From contig JAWAZE010000005.1 in the NCBI GenBank assembly GCA_038817885.1, forward strand, positions 1,097 through 65,096: a stretch of 64,000 bases of DNA, written 5' to 3'. A program made the position numbers and the translations under genes. The stretch's first letter is position 1; each line of letters begins with the position of its first letter. Shown here in pieces: positions 21,152 through 30,496 of this stretch. Below the pieces are notes generated by a model. The model worked only from the letters and a program-made list of their open reading frames with translations. It was not told the DNA's origin and did no database searches. Source of the DNA: Candidatus Bathyarchaeia archaeon. GTDB lineage: Archaea; Thermoproteota; Bathyarchaeia; Bathyarchaeales; DTEX01.

Positions 21152-21487
21152 GATGGGCCCCCCTTAAAATATAAGTAAAGCTAAAAGTTTTTCGGCTTAA
21201 ATATTTGCATGAAGGCCGCTTTAATTTTAGAGTTAATGCCATTCCAAGGCATACACCCTTCTCGGTCTGATGCCTCCCCTCTGAATCATCAAGAAATGAT
21301 CTTAGTGTAAGAAGCAATATATATGATTTTAGTGATAGCGGAGGAGAGATATACGAAATTTATCTGCTTCACCACCCTCCCAGAATAACTATTTTTTAAT
21401 TAGCTAATGAAAAATGGTATAAGCGCTAAAGTGGTGATTTAGAGCTACCCATTTGAAGGAGAGTTAATAGCGTTTAATGGAGCTATC

Positions 21488-21934
21488 TTGAATGGGTGGG
21501 GTATCTTGAGGACACATTTAGTAGAGTTACCTGTTAAGAGTAAAGAGAGAATGCAGGTTATAAACGTGACAAGTGAGGTAAGCGGCGTTATTGAACGTAG
21601 TGGAATAAAAAATGGGTTCGTTAACATATGGGTTCCACATACGACTGCTGCAATAACGGTTAATGAGCATGACCCAGACTTGTGGGAGGATATTCTTATT
21701 GTAATGGGGAAGATTGCGCCGATAAAAGGAGACTACCGGCACAACGCCAAGTATAAGTGGGTTCCAGGTGAGCAGAACGCACATGCACATATACTAAGCT
21801 CCCTAATCAAACCATTTGTTACAATCCCAGTAGTGGACGGGAGGATGCTGCTTGGTACATGGCAATCAGTACTATTCATCGAGATGGATGGGCCCCGATC
21901 ACGCACTATTCAGATACAGATAATTGGTGAATAA
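21488..21934 (+). CDS. YjbQ/UPF0047 family protein (secondary thiamine-phosphate synthase-like)
   Basis: Motifs VPHTTAAITVNEH and GTWQSVLFIEMDGPR. The start codon is uncertain (TTG). Confidence 0.8.
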   Translation: MNGWGILRTHLVELPVKSKERMQVINVTSEVSGVIERSGIKNGFVNIWVPHTTAAITVNEHDPDLWEDILIVMGKIAPIKGDYRHNAKYKWVPGEQNAHAHILSSLIKPFVTIPVVDGRMLLGTWQSVLFIEMDGPRSRTIQIQIIGE

Positions 21935-22016
21935 AGATAAAGATTAAGGATATGGTTTTCCGGCAAAACAGCAAAGGTTATTTAAATTTGTGAGGACATA
22001 AAGTAATATCCGTGAT

Positions 22017-22583
22017 TTGAATATGGACGTAATGGAGATTATAAAGACCCGTAGATCGATCAGAAAGATCAAGCCTGATCCAGTTGAGGAGGAGAAGTTG
22101 CTAACCGTTTTAGAGGCGGCTCGATGGGCTCCCTCATGGGCCAATACGCAATGCTGGGAATTCATAATCGTTAAGGGCTCTGAGATTAAAAAGAAGTTGG
22201 CTGAGACGCTAACGCCCGGAAATCCCGCTACTGACGCTGTTAAGAACGCTCCAATAGTGATTGCTGCCTGTGCTAAGCTTGGGCTTTCAGGCTTTCTCCG
22301 AGGAAAGCAAGTCACTGAGAAAGGTGACTGGTTCATGTTTGACGTGGCATTAGCTCTCCAAAATCTCGTCCTCGCGGCATGGAGCCTTGGCTTAGGTACT
22401 GTTTATGTCGGTGCCTTCGATGCGAAAAAGGCTGCGGAGGTACTTAACGTGCCGCCTGGAGTCAGCGTTGTAGCACTAGTTCCGCTAGGCTACCCAGCGG
22501 AGATTCCAAAGGAGGCTCCCAGAAGAAAGGATCTTAAAGAATTTGTCTATATCGAGACGTATGGCAATAGGATGCTAACTTAG
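22017..22583 (+). CDS. Nitroreductase family protein
   Basis: IKTRRSIRK, AARWAPSWANTQCWEF and a C-terminal PLGYPA. Confidence 0.85.
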   Translation: MNMDVMEIIKTRRSIRKIKPDPVEEEKLLTVLEAARWAPSWANTQCWEFIIVKGSEIKKKLAETLTPGNPATDAVKNAPIVIAACAKLGLSGFLRGKQVTEKGDWFMFDVALALQNLVLAAWSLGLGTVYVGAFDAKKAAEVLNVPPGVSVVALVPLGYPAEIPKEAPRRKDLKEFVYIETYGNRMLT

Positions 22584-22623
22584 ATTTCGCCTCTGACTAA
22601 CAATAAAATAAGGAGAGTTCTCC

Positions 22624-23325
22624 TCAAATGGATCTAAATTTATTTTTTCTCTTTTCTAAAACACTTAGAAAGTGTCTTACGTCGGCATAAGTTTTCTCGT
22701 ATATATGTGCGCTGTTTGTAAAATCTATGTAGGGGCCAACCTCCACGCCTATCTTTTCAGCTATTCTTTTTTGGAGTTCCGTCATTGCAAGCATGTTCAT
22801 GTGCATTGCTCTAAAGATGTCCCTACTCCTCCAGCACGTATGCATGATGAGCTTTCCACCCCTTACTGTGCACCATATTCTCTGGAGGCATGGCGGGGAT
22901 TCAGCCCACATGTCTCTCTTGGGGACCCAAGTTATCGCCTGCGCCCTCCTCGAAAAATTAGTCTTAAATAACTTTTTGATAATATATTCTATCTGGTTTA
23001 TTCCCTCTGGCGGATAATTAAATAGCCGTTCATGATATGTGTAATGTATCTTCCCATCCTGAAGAGCCCAATCGAGACTCCCCTCTAGAACCTCACTAAT
23101 ATATTTCTCCAATGAGTTCCTTATGGCCGTGAAGACATCACCTTTATGAACTCTAGGTTCAGCAAACGGTTCCTCAACAACCACAAGTAAGCCTAAAATT
23201 TCCTTGCACTTTTCACCATACTCTGTAGGAACTTCAATACCGTCCTCCCAACACTTTATTACGCTTTTCTCCCAAGCCTCAGATACAGTATACGCTCTGA
23301 TCAAAACGCCGTAAGACTCATACAT
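22624..23325 (-). CDS. thyA: Thymidylate synthase ThyA-like (short archaeal form)
   Basis: SRRAQAITW, PPCLQRIW (candidate catalytic Cys), RSRDIF...N and SAHIYE motifs; 233 aa. Confidence 0.7.
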   Translation of the reverse strand: MYESYGVLIRAYTVSEAWEKSVIKCWEDGIEVPTEYGEKCKEILGLLVVVEEPFAEPRVHKGDVFTAIRNSLEKYISEVLEGSLDWALQDGKIHYTYHERLFNYPPEGINQIEYIIKKLFKTNFSRRAQAITWVPKRDMWAESPPCLQRIWCTVRGGKLIMHTCWRSRDIFRAMHMNMLAMTELQKRIAEKIGVEVGPYIDFTNSAHIYEKTYADVRHFLSVLEKRKNKFRSI

Positions 23326-23618
23326 CTTTCATCAGCCACGACAAATTTGATCTAAGCGGATTAGGAATAAGTTTGTTATCATTCATATTGATGCGTAATA
23401 ATCATGTGCATAAATATTAAGTGATTATAATTATTAAATCTTTCCGCTTCACTAAAATTAAAAATCCTTAGCCTTAATAGTCTTCTTGACTTTCATGGAG
23501 TTTAGGTTTCAAAGAGAGAACATAGATCCCCACCCTGGTTCGCATACTTAAATAAATTTAATTGCACGCAGATACATTTTTAAGGATTTTTATAATAAAT
23601 ATATCTTTGGTGAAATCC

Positions 23619-24215
23619 ATGTCTTCCTTCGACGAATTTTGGGAAAGATGGAGAAGGCGGAGGCCTTTCTCAAGCTTCTTTGAAGAAATAGATGAGATGT
23701 TCAGAGAGATGGAGAAAATATTTGAGAGAGAATTTGAAGATCTGGCGAAGAGGGTGCCAAAGGACTTAACGCGCGAGAAGGTTCTGCCAGATGGGACGAG
23801 GGTACATGAGTGGGGTCCATTTGTCTACGGATATAGCATAACGATTGGTCCTGATGGGAAGCCAGAGATAAGAGAGTTTGGTAACGTAAAACCCGGCATC
23901 GGTAGGTTCGGTAGACCATCCATATCCATTAGGGAGGAAAGGGAACCTCTCGTGGATATAATCAGCACTAACGGCGAAATAAAGGTTATAGCCGAGCTGC
24001 CGGGCGTTGAGAAGGAGGATATAAAGTTACATGGCACTGAGACGACGTTAACGATAAGCGTTGATACGCCGCAGCGCAAATACTATAAAGAAGTCAATTT
24101 GCCCGAAAAGGTTGATCCAAAGCAGGCTAAATCAACCTATAAGAATGGTGTGCTCGAAGTAACCTTGCCAAAGAAGAAGGAGACCCCGAGGGGAGAACCG
24201 ATAAGCATAGAATAA
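23619..24215 (+). CDS. hsp20: Small heat-shock protein, Hsp20/alpha-crystallin family
   Basis: C-terminal alpha-crystallin domain (IKVIAELPGVEKEDIKL...YKNGVLEVTLPKK). The start is taken at the internal ATG, about 25 nt downstream of a TATA-like tttataat. Confidence 0.85.
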   Translation: MSSFDEFWERWRRRRPFSSFFEEIDEMFREMEKIFEREFEDLAKRVPKDLTREKVLPDGTRVHEWGPFVYGYSITIGPDGKPEIREFGNVKPGIGRFGRPSISIREEREPLVDIISTNGEIKVIAELPGVEKEDIKLHGTETTLTISVDTPQRKYYKEVNLPEKVDPKQAKSTYKNGVLEVTLPKKKETPRGEPISIE

Positions 24216-24277
24216 TACTTGAATAGAAAGCTAGTATCCTCTCATCCGCTATAAACCCATTTTTTGGTTGGTTAAAG

Positions 24278-25645
24278 TTGAAGATATTGCGAAAAAAGAT
24301 ATTGAAGAAGGTTCAGGAAAGCATTCCATGGCTGGAACATATTCTCAGCGATGAAAATCTCGCCCTAGACATAAATCCACAACCATCAGACATAATCCTT
24401 AAATTTAGACACGGAAGCCACTGTTTACACTGTAGGGGGAGGTGGGCGTTATGCGGAAAGCCGAACTGTCCAGCGCTCGCCAGATTATCCCTCTTCATGA
24501 GGACTAGGAGGCTCGTTGACTCCGAGACGCTATTTGGTTCATCCCCTCCGGGAGCCTTCGTTGGACGCATAGGCTATCCATATGTTTATGCCGGGCCGCT
24601 CGTACCTCCCCTTCTAGGAGATACATCGCTCCTCGATTTTCCAGAGAGATGGGTTGGAAGAACAATTGATGAAATAATTAGATTCAGGACTGAGCTGATC
24701 CGCGGCAAATTTAGAGTTAATGTCAGGAAACCCTTTAACAACCAGCACCTTTTGAGCAGGACCCTCGAGATAGCCCTTTCAAGGGAACCTGTAGATACTG
24801 AGGCCGTTTTCAAGAGAAAGCCCTCTGGAAGTTTTCTATTTGATGATGAGGTCCAGCCTATGGGCCCCTCAGCCCCATTATCTAAGATTGAAGTTGGAAA
24901 TGTTAAAATTGATCATAGGCTTGAGAAGGCATATAATGATGGTGATTTAAAAGCTGAGGAAGCCATATTAAACCTCTATTTAAGCGGCGTTCCAGTATCA
25001 ATGATCCAAAGGGCCTTTAGCCTCGGCGCCTTCGGTATAAAGAAGCAAAGGAGGCTTGTACCTACAAGGTGGAGCATAACTGCAGTCGATTCATTAATAT
25101 CGAAGAGACTAATAGAGGATAAAGTTAAGAGTAATCCTGTGATAAATGAGTACCGCCTCTACACCTTCAGCTATCTAGGAAATAAATTCATTATTCTTAT
25201 GATCCCCTCGAAATGGATGTACGAGTGGATCGAGGCATGGTATCCCGGAACTTTATGGAACCCCGAAGACAGTCACATAGCCATAGGTGGTGACTGGGAA
25301 GGTTATCGTGGAAGAACCACATATGCTTCTCTTGGAGGATGCTATTACGCCGTCAGGCTGGCCGTAGCAGAGCTCCTAGCGAGGGAGGGAAGGCAGGCTG
25401 GCGTAGTAGCAATGAGGGAGATTCGCCCTGACTATATCACGCCCTTAGGCGTATGGATAAACAGGGAATGCGTTCGAGAAGCCCTTAAACATTTTGGCAA
25501 AAGATTTAATACACTTAAAGAAGCCTTAGAGTGTATAAGTACAGGTTTCTCAGTCCCTCTTGAGGAATGGATAAAAACAAGCACCATCTTAAAGAACGAA
25601 CTTTTGCAAGAAAAGATTACAAAATTTTTAGGAGACCTATTTTAA
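24278..25645 (+). CDS. Nre-family (DUF650/DUF651) archaeal DNA-repair-associated protein with a C-terminal PIP box
   Basis: N-terminal Cys cluster CLHCRGRWALCGKPNCP, a size of about 450 aa, and a terminal QEKITKFL (QxxIxxFL). TTG start. Family assignment is from memory of the Nre architecture. Confidence 0.55.
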   Translation: MKILRKKILKKVQESIPWLEHILSDENLALDINPQPSDIILKFRHGSHCLHCRGRWALCGKPNCPALARLSLFMRTRRLVDSETLFGSSPPGAFVGRIGYPYVYAGPLVPPLLGDTSLLDFPERWVGRTIDEIIRFRTELIRGKFRVNVRKPFNNQHLLSRTLEIALSREPVDTEAVFKRKPSGSFLFDDEVQPMGPSAPLSKIEVGNVKIDHRLEKAYNDGDLKAEEAILNLYLSGVPVSMIQRAFSLGAFGIKKQRRLVPTRWSITAVDSLISKRLIEDKVKSNPVINEYRLYTFSYLGNKFIILMIPSKWMYEWIEAWYPGTLWNPEDSHIAIGGDWEGYRGRTTYASLGGCYYAVRLAVAELLAREGRQAGVVAMREIRPDYITPLGVWINRECVREALKHFGKRFNTLKEALECISTGFSVPLEEWIKTSTILKNELLQEKITKFLGDLF

Positions 25646-26143
25646 TAAAATGGTGCACGCAAAATTATATATTAACACATTGACGCCCAGAAAATTTTCA
25701 TTCCATCAACAAATTCCTATAATCTCATACGGCCAGTAGATAGTGTCATGTGAGGTTCGCTGGCAACTGAGATCACATGAGACGAGAACCCCTCAAAATT
25801 TTTGATAAGACGAAGTTAAAGTTCTCTTGAATGACAGAAACATTTTCAATGAACTTCTTCCCACTAGATGTTAAAGTATAAACTCTCTTCCTCCTCTCTT
25901 CGCCCCTGATCAAGCCATCTGATATCTCGAGTAAAATTACCATGTCTATAAAATTCCTTTTTCTGCATAATCTTATTTATGCTGTTTTTGCCATGAAATT
26001 GCTTCATTATATTATCAATATATTTTTATAGAGTTTAAACTTGTTATAATATATCATTTGTATATATTTTTGATATAAAAATAGTTTGGCGCGCGGGCGT
26101 GTATATTGTTGTATTACACATGTATAGGCGTGTATGATAATAA

Positions 26144-26686
26144 ATGTTATTTTTAGTTTTTGCGGAAGTTTTTCCGAGGTGTTTGGTATTGGTTTTATGG
26201 AAATACCTCTTTGGGCTAGCTTCTAAAGACTTAGAGACGTTAAAGAAGAAGAAGCAGGCGTTGGAAGACTTATTATCATCTAATAAGATTTCGCAACAGA
26301 CATATGAGTATCTAAATAAGGATGTGAGCGAAGCCCTGATAAGCATAGAGAAGTATTTGGAGTCCCTTATCTCTAAAATGAAGGGCAGGATAGATGACCT
26401 TGAGAGACAGATAGGTGTCTTGGAAATATTCTTAGCGAATAGCGAGATGATGTATGCTGCTGGCGAGATAGATTATGAGGAATATGAGAAGCAGAGTAGA
26501 GCGCTGATTACGGGAATAGAGTCCATGAAGAGGGAAATATCTGAAATAAAGAGCATATTGAGCCCGCCTACACCAGAATCTATTGTAATGGCTAAATCTG
26601 TGGAAGTCACTGTGGTATCATCTGAAAGTATAACCTCAACCGTCATAGAGCCCCAAATTGCGAAAGAAGCGCTCGAACACACATAA
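26144..26686 (+). CDS. Hypothetical coiled-coil protein with a hydrophobic N-terminus
   Basis: Heptad-like, charge-rich central region and a Ser/Thr/Val-rich tail. No recognisable family; start uncertain. Confidence 0.4.
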   Translation: MLFLVFAEVFPRCLVLVLWKYLFGLASKDLETLKKKKQALEDLLSSNKISQQTYEYLNKDVSEALISIEKYLESLISKMKGRIDDLERQIGVLEIFLANSEMMYAAGEIDYEEYEKQSRALITGIESMKREISEIKSILSPPTPESIVMAKSVEVTVVSSESITSTVIEPQIAKEALEHT

Positions 26687-26783
26687 TCGCCATCTCAAAA
26701 GCTACAGAAATTAGGATAACACCATCCACAGCTTGTTTCTTTTTATCCCCAAATAAGTTTTCAAAAGGGCATTTAGGATAAAA

Positions 26784-27272
26784 TTATTTTAGACTTTCTT
26801 CTTTTCTAATACTTTTGTCCGCCTCTTCTATCTCCATTTTCTTTAAGACTTGGTATCTGCGCAATCTTTCAGCTAACTCAGGATCCCCGAGCGCAAGGAT
26901 CTTAGCAGCCGCTATTGCGGCTCCTTCAGGCTCAATTGTCACAACCGAACCTATTCCACTTGGCACTCTGAGTGAAGAGAATATATCTGCTCCGCCAAAT
27001 TTTTCGGAGTATGGTGGACATGCTATAACCGGCTTTAACGTATTTGCATCAACAAGCGCGCTTAGAGCATTAGATCTCCCAGCGACGGTTATAAAAACTA
27101 TTTTCTTCCCTTCATACTCCCTCAGTATTTCAAGAACCTTTTCAGGGGTTTTATGCGCCGAGGCCACTCTGTATTCATAATCTACTCCTAGAGCGCTAAG
27201 ATACTTTCCAATTTGCTGTGAAAATTCGGCGTCACTTTTTGAACCCATTAATATAATAACTTTCCCCCTCAT
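26784..27272 (-). CDS. purE: PurE, with a class II-like signature
   Basis: VIILMGSKSD, ASAHKTP and VAGRSNALSALV...PVIACPP motifs. Confidence 0.85.
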   Translation of the reverse strand: MRGKVIILMGSKSDAEFSQQIGKYLSALGVDYEYRVASAHKTPEKVLEILREYEGKKIVFITVAGRSNALSALVDANTLKPVIACPPYSEKFGGADIFSSLRVPSGIGSVVTIEPEGAAIAAAKILALGDPELAERLRRYQVLKKMEIEEADKSIRKEESLK

Positions 27273-27306
27273 AGCCCTCAAAAATCTATTTAGCTGGCTT
27301 ATCTAT

Positions 27307-28230
27307 TTAAGGTTGGTTAAAGAAATATGGTCTCCTTCTCTTAACCGCCTCAATGAAGAGCTCCCTTAGACGCTCGTCCTCAGAACCCCCTCTTATCGGG
27401 CCCAGAATATCTACCAGGTTATCGTTTTTGAAGAGGCATGGCTTTAATTTTCCGTCAGAGGTTAGGCGGATTCTATTGCAGTGTAGGCAGAAGTCAGAAT
27501 TATGCATTGGACTAACAAACTCGACCTCGGTGCCATCCCTCAGAACATATTTCCTTCTGTGATGCATCGATCTAACGATGGTTCTGACTGCTTTTTCTTT
27601 AATTCTATCTTCAATGCTCGTGAGACCTATATGATATTTCTCATATATAGCATTTATTTCTGGACTCTCAAACTCTATTATCTGTAGTATCAGGCCGTTT
27701 TCTCTGGCAAACTCTATCATATCATCAACCTCATCTTCATTTATGCCCTTAAGAATAACCATGTTAACTTTAACTGGCCTTAAATCTGATTTTACCGCCT
27801 TAATTATCCCCCTGACAACAGATTCATGCCCATCGACACCAGTTATCATCTTAAATTTCTCGTTATCCAGGGTATCTAGACTTACATTAACTCTCATGAG
27901 GCCGGCCCTCTTCAGATCGTCAACATATTCTTCTAGAAGGAAGCCGTTAGTCGTCATGGAAATATCATTTATCCCCGGCACCTTACTTATTCTGCCCACA
28001 ATCTCAACAATGTCATCCCTTAATAGTGGCTCACCGCCAGTCAACTTAACTTCATTAATGCCCAGTAATGCGGCCACCTTAACTATTCGCTCTATCTCCT
28101 CTGGAAGCATTTCGTAACGAGACTCGCCACCCTCACCCTCTCTATGACAATAAAAACACCTAAAGTTACACCGCTGTGTCACAGAAATGCGAATATTCTT
28201 AACGACCCTCCCAAAGAAGTCTTTAAGCAT
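27307..28230 (-). CDS. moaA: GTP 3',8-cyclase MoaA (radical SAM)
   Basis: CNFRCFYCH radical-SAM motif, a C-terminal second-cluster region (CLHCNRIRLTSDGKLKPC), 307 aa. Confidence 0.9.
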   Translation of the reverse strand: MLKDFFGRVVKNIRISVTQRCNFRCFYCHREGEGGESRYEMLPEEIERIVKVAALLGINEVKLTGGEPLLRDDIVEIVGRISKVPGINDISMTTNGFLLEEYVDDLKRAGLMRVNVSLDTLDNEKFKMITGVDGHESVVRGIIKAVKSDLRPVKVNMVILKGINEDEVDDMIEFARENGLILQIIEFESPEINAIYEKYHIGLTSIEDRIKEKAVRTIVRSMHHRRKYVLRDGTEVEFVSPMHNSDFCLHCNRIRLTSDGKLKPCLFKNDNLVDILGPIRGGSEDERLRELFIEAVKRRRPYFFNQP

Positions 28231-28356
28231 AAACCTGTCTTCCCTTACTTTATTAGTGAATTGAAATATGAAATATTTATTTTAATGTTATGCTTCTTCA
28301 AGGAAGATGTTTAAAAGGAAAATTTATTTTATTCTCAAGTCAAAAGAATATGTGGT

Positions 28357-28434
28357 GGGCCCGTAGCCTAGCCAGGATGGGGCATCGGCCTCCTAAGCCG
28401 AGGGTCGGGGGTTCAAATCCCCCCGGGCCCGCCA
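28357..28434 (+). tRNA. tRNA-Arg(CCU) with genomically encoded CCA
   Basis: Hand-folded cloverleaf. Acceptor stem GGGCCCG/CGGGCCC, anticodon stem tcggc/gccga with loop cuCCUaa, T arm ggggg-ttcaaat-ccccc, discriminator G plus CCA. Confidence 0.9.
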
Positions 28435-28571
28435 TATTTGGCCTATTTAAGAAGCGCGGATCAAAAACTCTTTCAACCGTGTTAAAGGTATAAGTTTCTT
28501 TTTGGCAAGACTTAAATGTTATAAATTTACTTTACTATATTATAGTATTGCAATTATTGGAGGAGGTTGAG

Positions 28572-28856
28572 GTGCATAAAGATCAGGTTATTGGTGCTGC
28601 TCTCCTGGCGGTCTCCATTATAGTCATAATTGTCTATATTTGGCTCGTCTTTTTCCCACCATTAAAGGGCGTAGACCTATTCCTCCTTAAGCTTACTGGC
28701 GCTGTGGCTGTAGCTGGAATATTTGCTATCCTCGGCTGGATAGGCTATACACTTGCAACAACGCCTCCCCCAAAACCTATAGAGGAGATAGAGAAGGAGA
28801 TCGAGAGCGAATTAAAGAAGATTGAGGGCCAAGAGCAGGAGCAAAAACAGTCCTAA
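28572..28856 (+). CDS. Small membrane protein (2 TM, acidic C-terminus), hypothetical
   Basis: The GTG at 28572 is preceded by ggaggaggt. There are two hydrophobic helices and a KPIEEIEKEIESELKK tail. Confidence 0.5.
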   Translation: MHKDQVIGAALLAVSIIVIIVYIWLVFFPPLKGVDLFLLKLTGAVAVAGIFAILGWIGYTLATTPPPKPIEEIEKEIESELKKIEGQEQEQKQS

Positions 28857-29216
28857 AAGAGCGGTGAAGAATCGCTTTTAAGATGCCAAAGAAGAAATAA
28901 AGTTTAGACCAGAAGAGAATATGCTAAGAATTAGCGATTAGTTAATGAAAAAGTTAATGTTCATTAAGACTTACACCTTTTCCCAAAACTTCTTGGTCAT
29001 GCTTTATTCTATTGGAATTAATTCCCATCCCCTCTAAGAAACTTTATTCTAAGCCGTCTTCTCCATATTAACCTAGTGTGATAGCAGCCACTTAAGACCA
29101 CCCATGCTGAGATTAAATGGTTCTATGCAAATAAAATGGTATGATAATCTCCTAACCCTCAAATACATATCGATTTCGGGGGTAAGTATATAGTATGCGC
29201 TAACAAAGTTATTTCT

Positions 29217-30428
29217 ATGAAAATTATTAGAAAATCGCAAGGTCTCTTTTCTTACTTCGGGGGCACCTTCACCTTTCTATGGATAATAATGTTTATAATA
29301 ATTTTCTCTGACTCCCTCTCCTGGCCAGCAGTCCCCTACCTCATTAGGGAGACCCTTCTCGAGGAGACGGCCGTTGTCACTATGCTAGGCCTATTAATCT
29401 CCACCTTCAACCTAATTAAAATAGCCGCAAATATTCTCGGCGCTTTTCTCGGGGATAGGGTTAATAGAGATGTCATAGTTCTTCTCGCACTCATCCTTTT
29501 ACCAGCATCGTTTGCGCTCCTCCTTTTCGCTGCAAATTACCTATGGATTCTCGGATCATATATTCTCTTTGGCATATTTTATGGGATTCTCATGCCGCCA
29601 CTAAACGCGATGGTTGCCGACTCAATCCCAAGAAAATTTAAGGGAACACTATTTGGGGTATTTAATCTCTCTTGGATTCTAAGTCAAATACCCGCTCCAA
29701 TAATAGGTGGTTTACTCTCAAAAACAATATCTTTACGCTTTCCGTTAACGTTATCGCTTACATTATCATTAATTACGCTCGCCTCATTTATAGCACTTAG
29801 GAAAACTTTAGAGGGAATATCTTCACCATACCGACAGGCTCCCGCTCATGGAATAAAAGGTCCTGCAAAGATACCCACCCGAAACTTGCTCCTCCTGTGC
29901 CTCACACAATTTTTCTTTGGCCTAGGGAGCGGAGCTCTCGCGCCGATAATCACGGCATTTCTTATCTATGTTATCGGTGCGTCTCCCGCCGAGATGGGGT
30001 TAGCATACTCCCTCGGTTGGGGGTTAGCAACGGCTATTGCCCAGATCCCAGGCGGAAAACTCTCAGATAAACTTGGGTATAAGCCGGTCATAATAGCGTC
30101 TACGCTGGTAGGTTCGCCCTTAATTCTCCTACTACCCTTCTCTAAGAACCTCATGCATTTTATAAGCGTATCCGCCTTATCAAACATCTTTGGATATCTG
30201 GCCTTACCAGCATTTTCAGCATACACAGCTACTTTGGTAGGGGAGGGTGGTTTAAGCAGAGGGTTTGGGTTAACGTCAGCGTCCTTCAGCATCGGATCAA
30301 TAGCAGGACCAATCATAGGAAGTTTTTTATGGACAATTTCTGAGCCAAATTATTTTCCACCATTTGCCGTATCCACGATATCTCTCCTTTTAATGCTTCC
30401 ATTTATAATTGCCTTGAGAGACGATTAA
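29217..30428 (+). CDS. MFS transporter
   Basis: About 12 predicted TM helices and a GDRVNRD loop motif between TM2 and TM3. Confidence 0.8.
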   Translation: MKIIRKSQGLFSYFGGTFTFLWIIMFIIIFSDSLSWPAVPYLIRETLLEETAVVTMLGLLISTFNLIKIAANILGAFLGDRVNRDVIVLLALILLPASFALLLFAANYLWILGSYILFGIFYGILMPPLNAMVADSIPRKFKGTLFGVFNLSWILSQIPAPIIGGLLSKTISLRFPLTLSLTLSLITLASFIALRKTLEGISSPYRQAPAHGIKGPAKIPTRNLLLLCLTQFFFGLGSGALAPIITAFLIYVIGASPAEMGLAYSLGWGLATAIAQIPGGKLSDKLGYKPVIIASTLVGSPLILLLPFSKNLMHFISVSALSNIFGYLALPAFSAYTATLVGEGGLSRGFGLTSASFSIGSIAGPIIGSFLWTISEPNYFPPFAVSTISLLLMLPFIIALRDD

Positions 30429-30496
30429 AAACTCATCTAAAAACAAAATATTATGGTAGAAAAATCACTTATGGGGGAAATGGGCAAAAGAGAAGC

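Noticed and set aside
21152-21487. 336-nt gap upstream of trpS and yjbQ, with small alternative hairpins (atgcc/ggcat at 21236-21274) and a 33-codon ORF at 21209.
   Set aside because: The stems are only 5 bp. The ORF has no RBS and no recognisable features. This is insufficient evidence for an attenuator or ncRNA.
28290-28493. 67-aa ORF overlapping the tRNA-Arg gene.
   Set aside because: The tRNA cloverleaf explains the sequence. The ORF is a by-product of the GC-rich tRNA.
28231-29216. The tRNA-Arg neighbourhood as a possible integration hotspot or mobile-element boundary.
   Set aside because: No integrase, no direct repeat of the tRNA 3' end that I could find, and the flanking genes are ordinary (moaA, a small membrane protein, MFS). 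The perfect palindrome ggaattaattcc at 29013-29024 is noted only as a possible operator.
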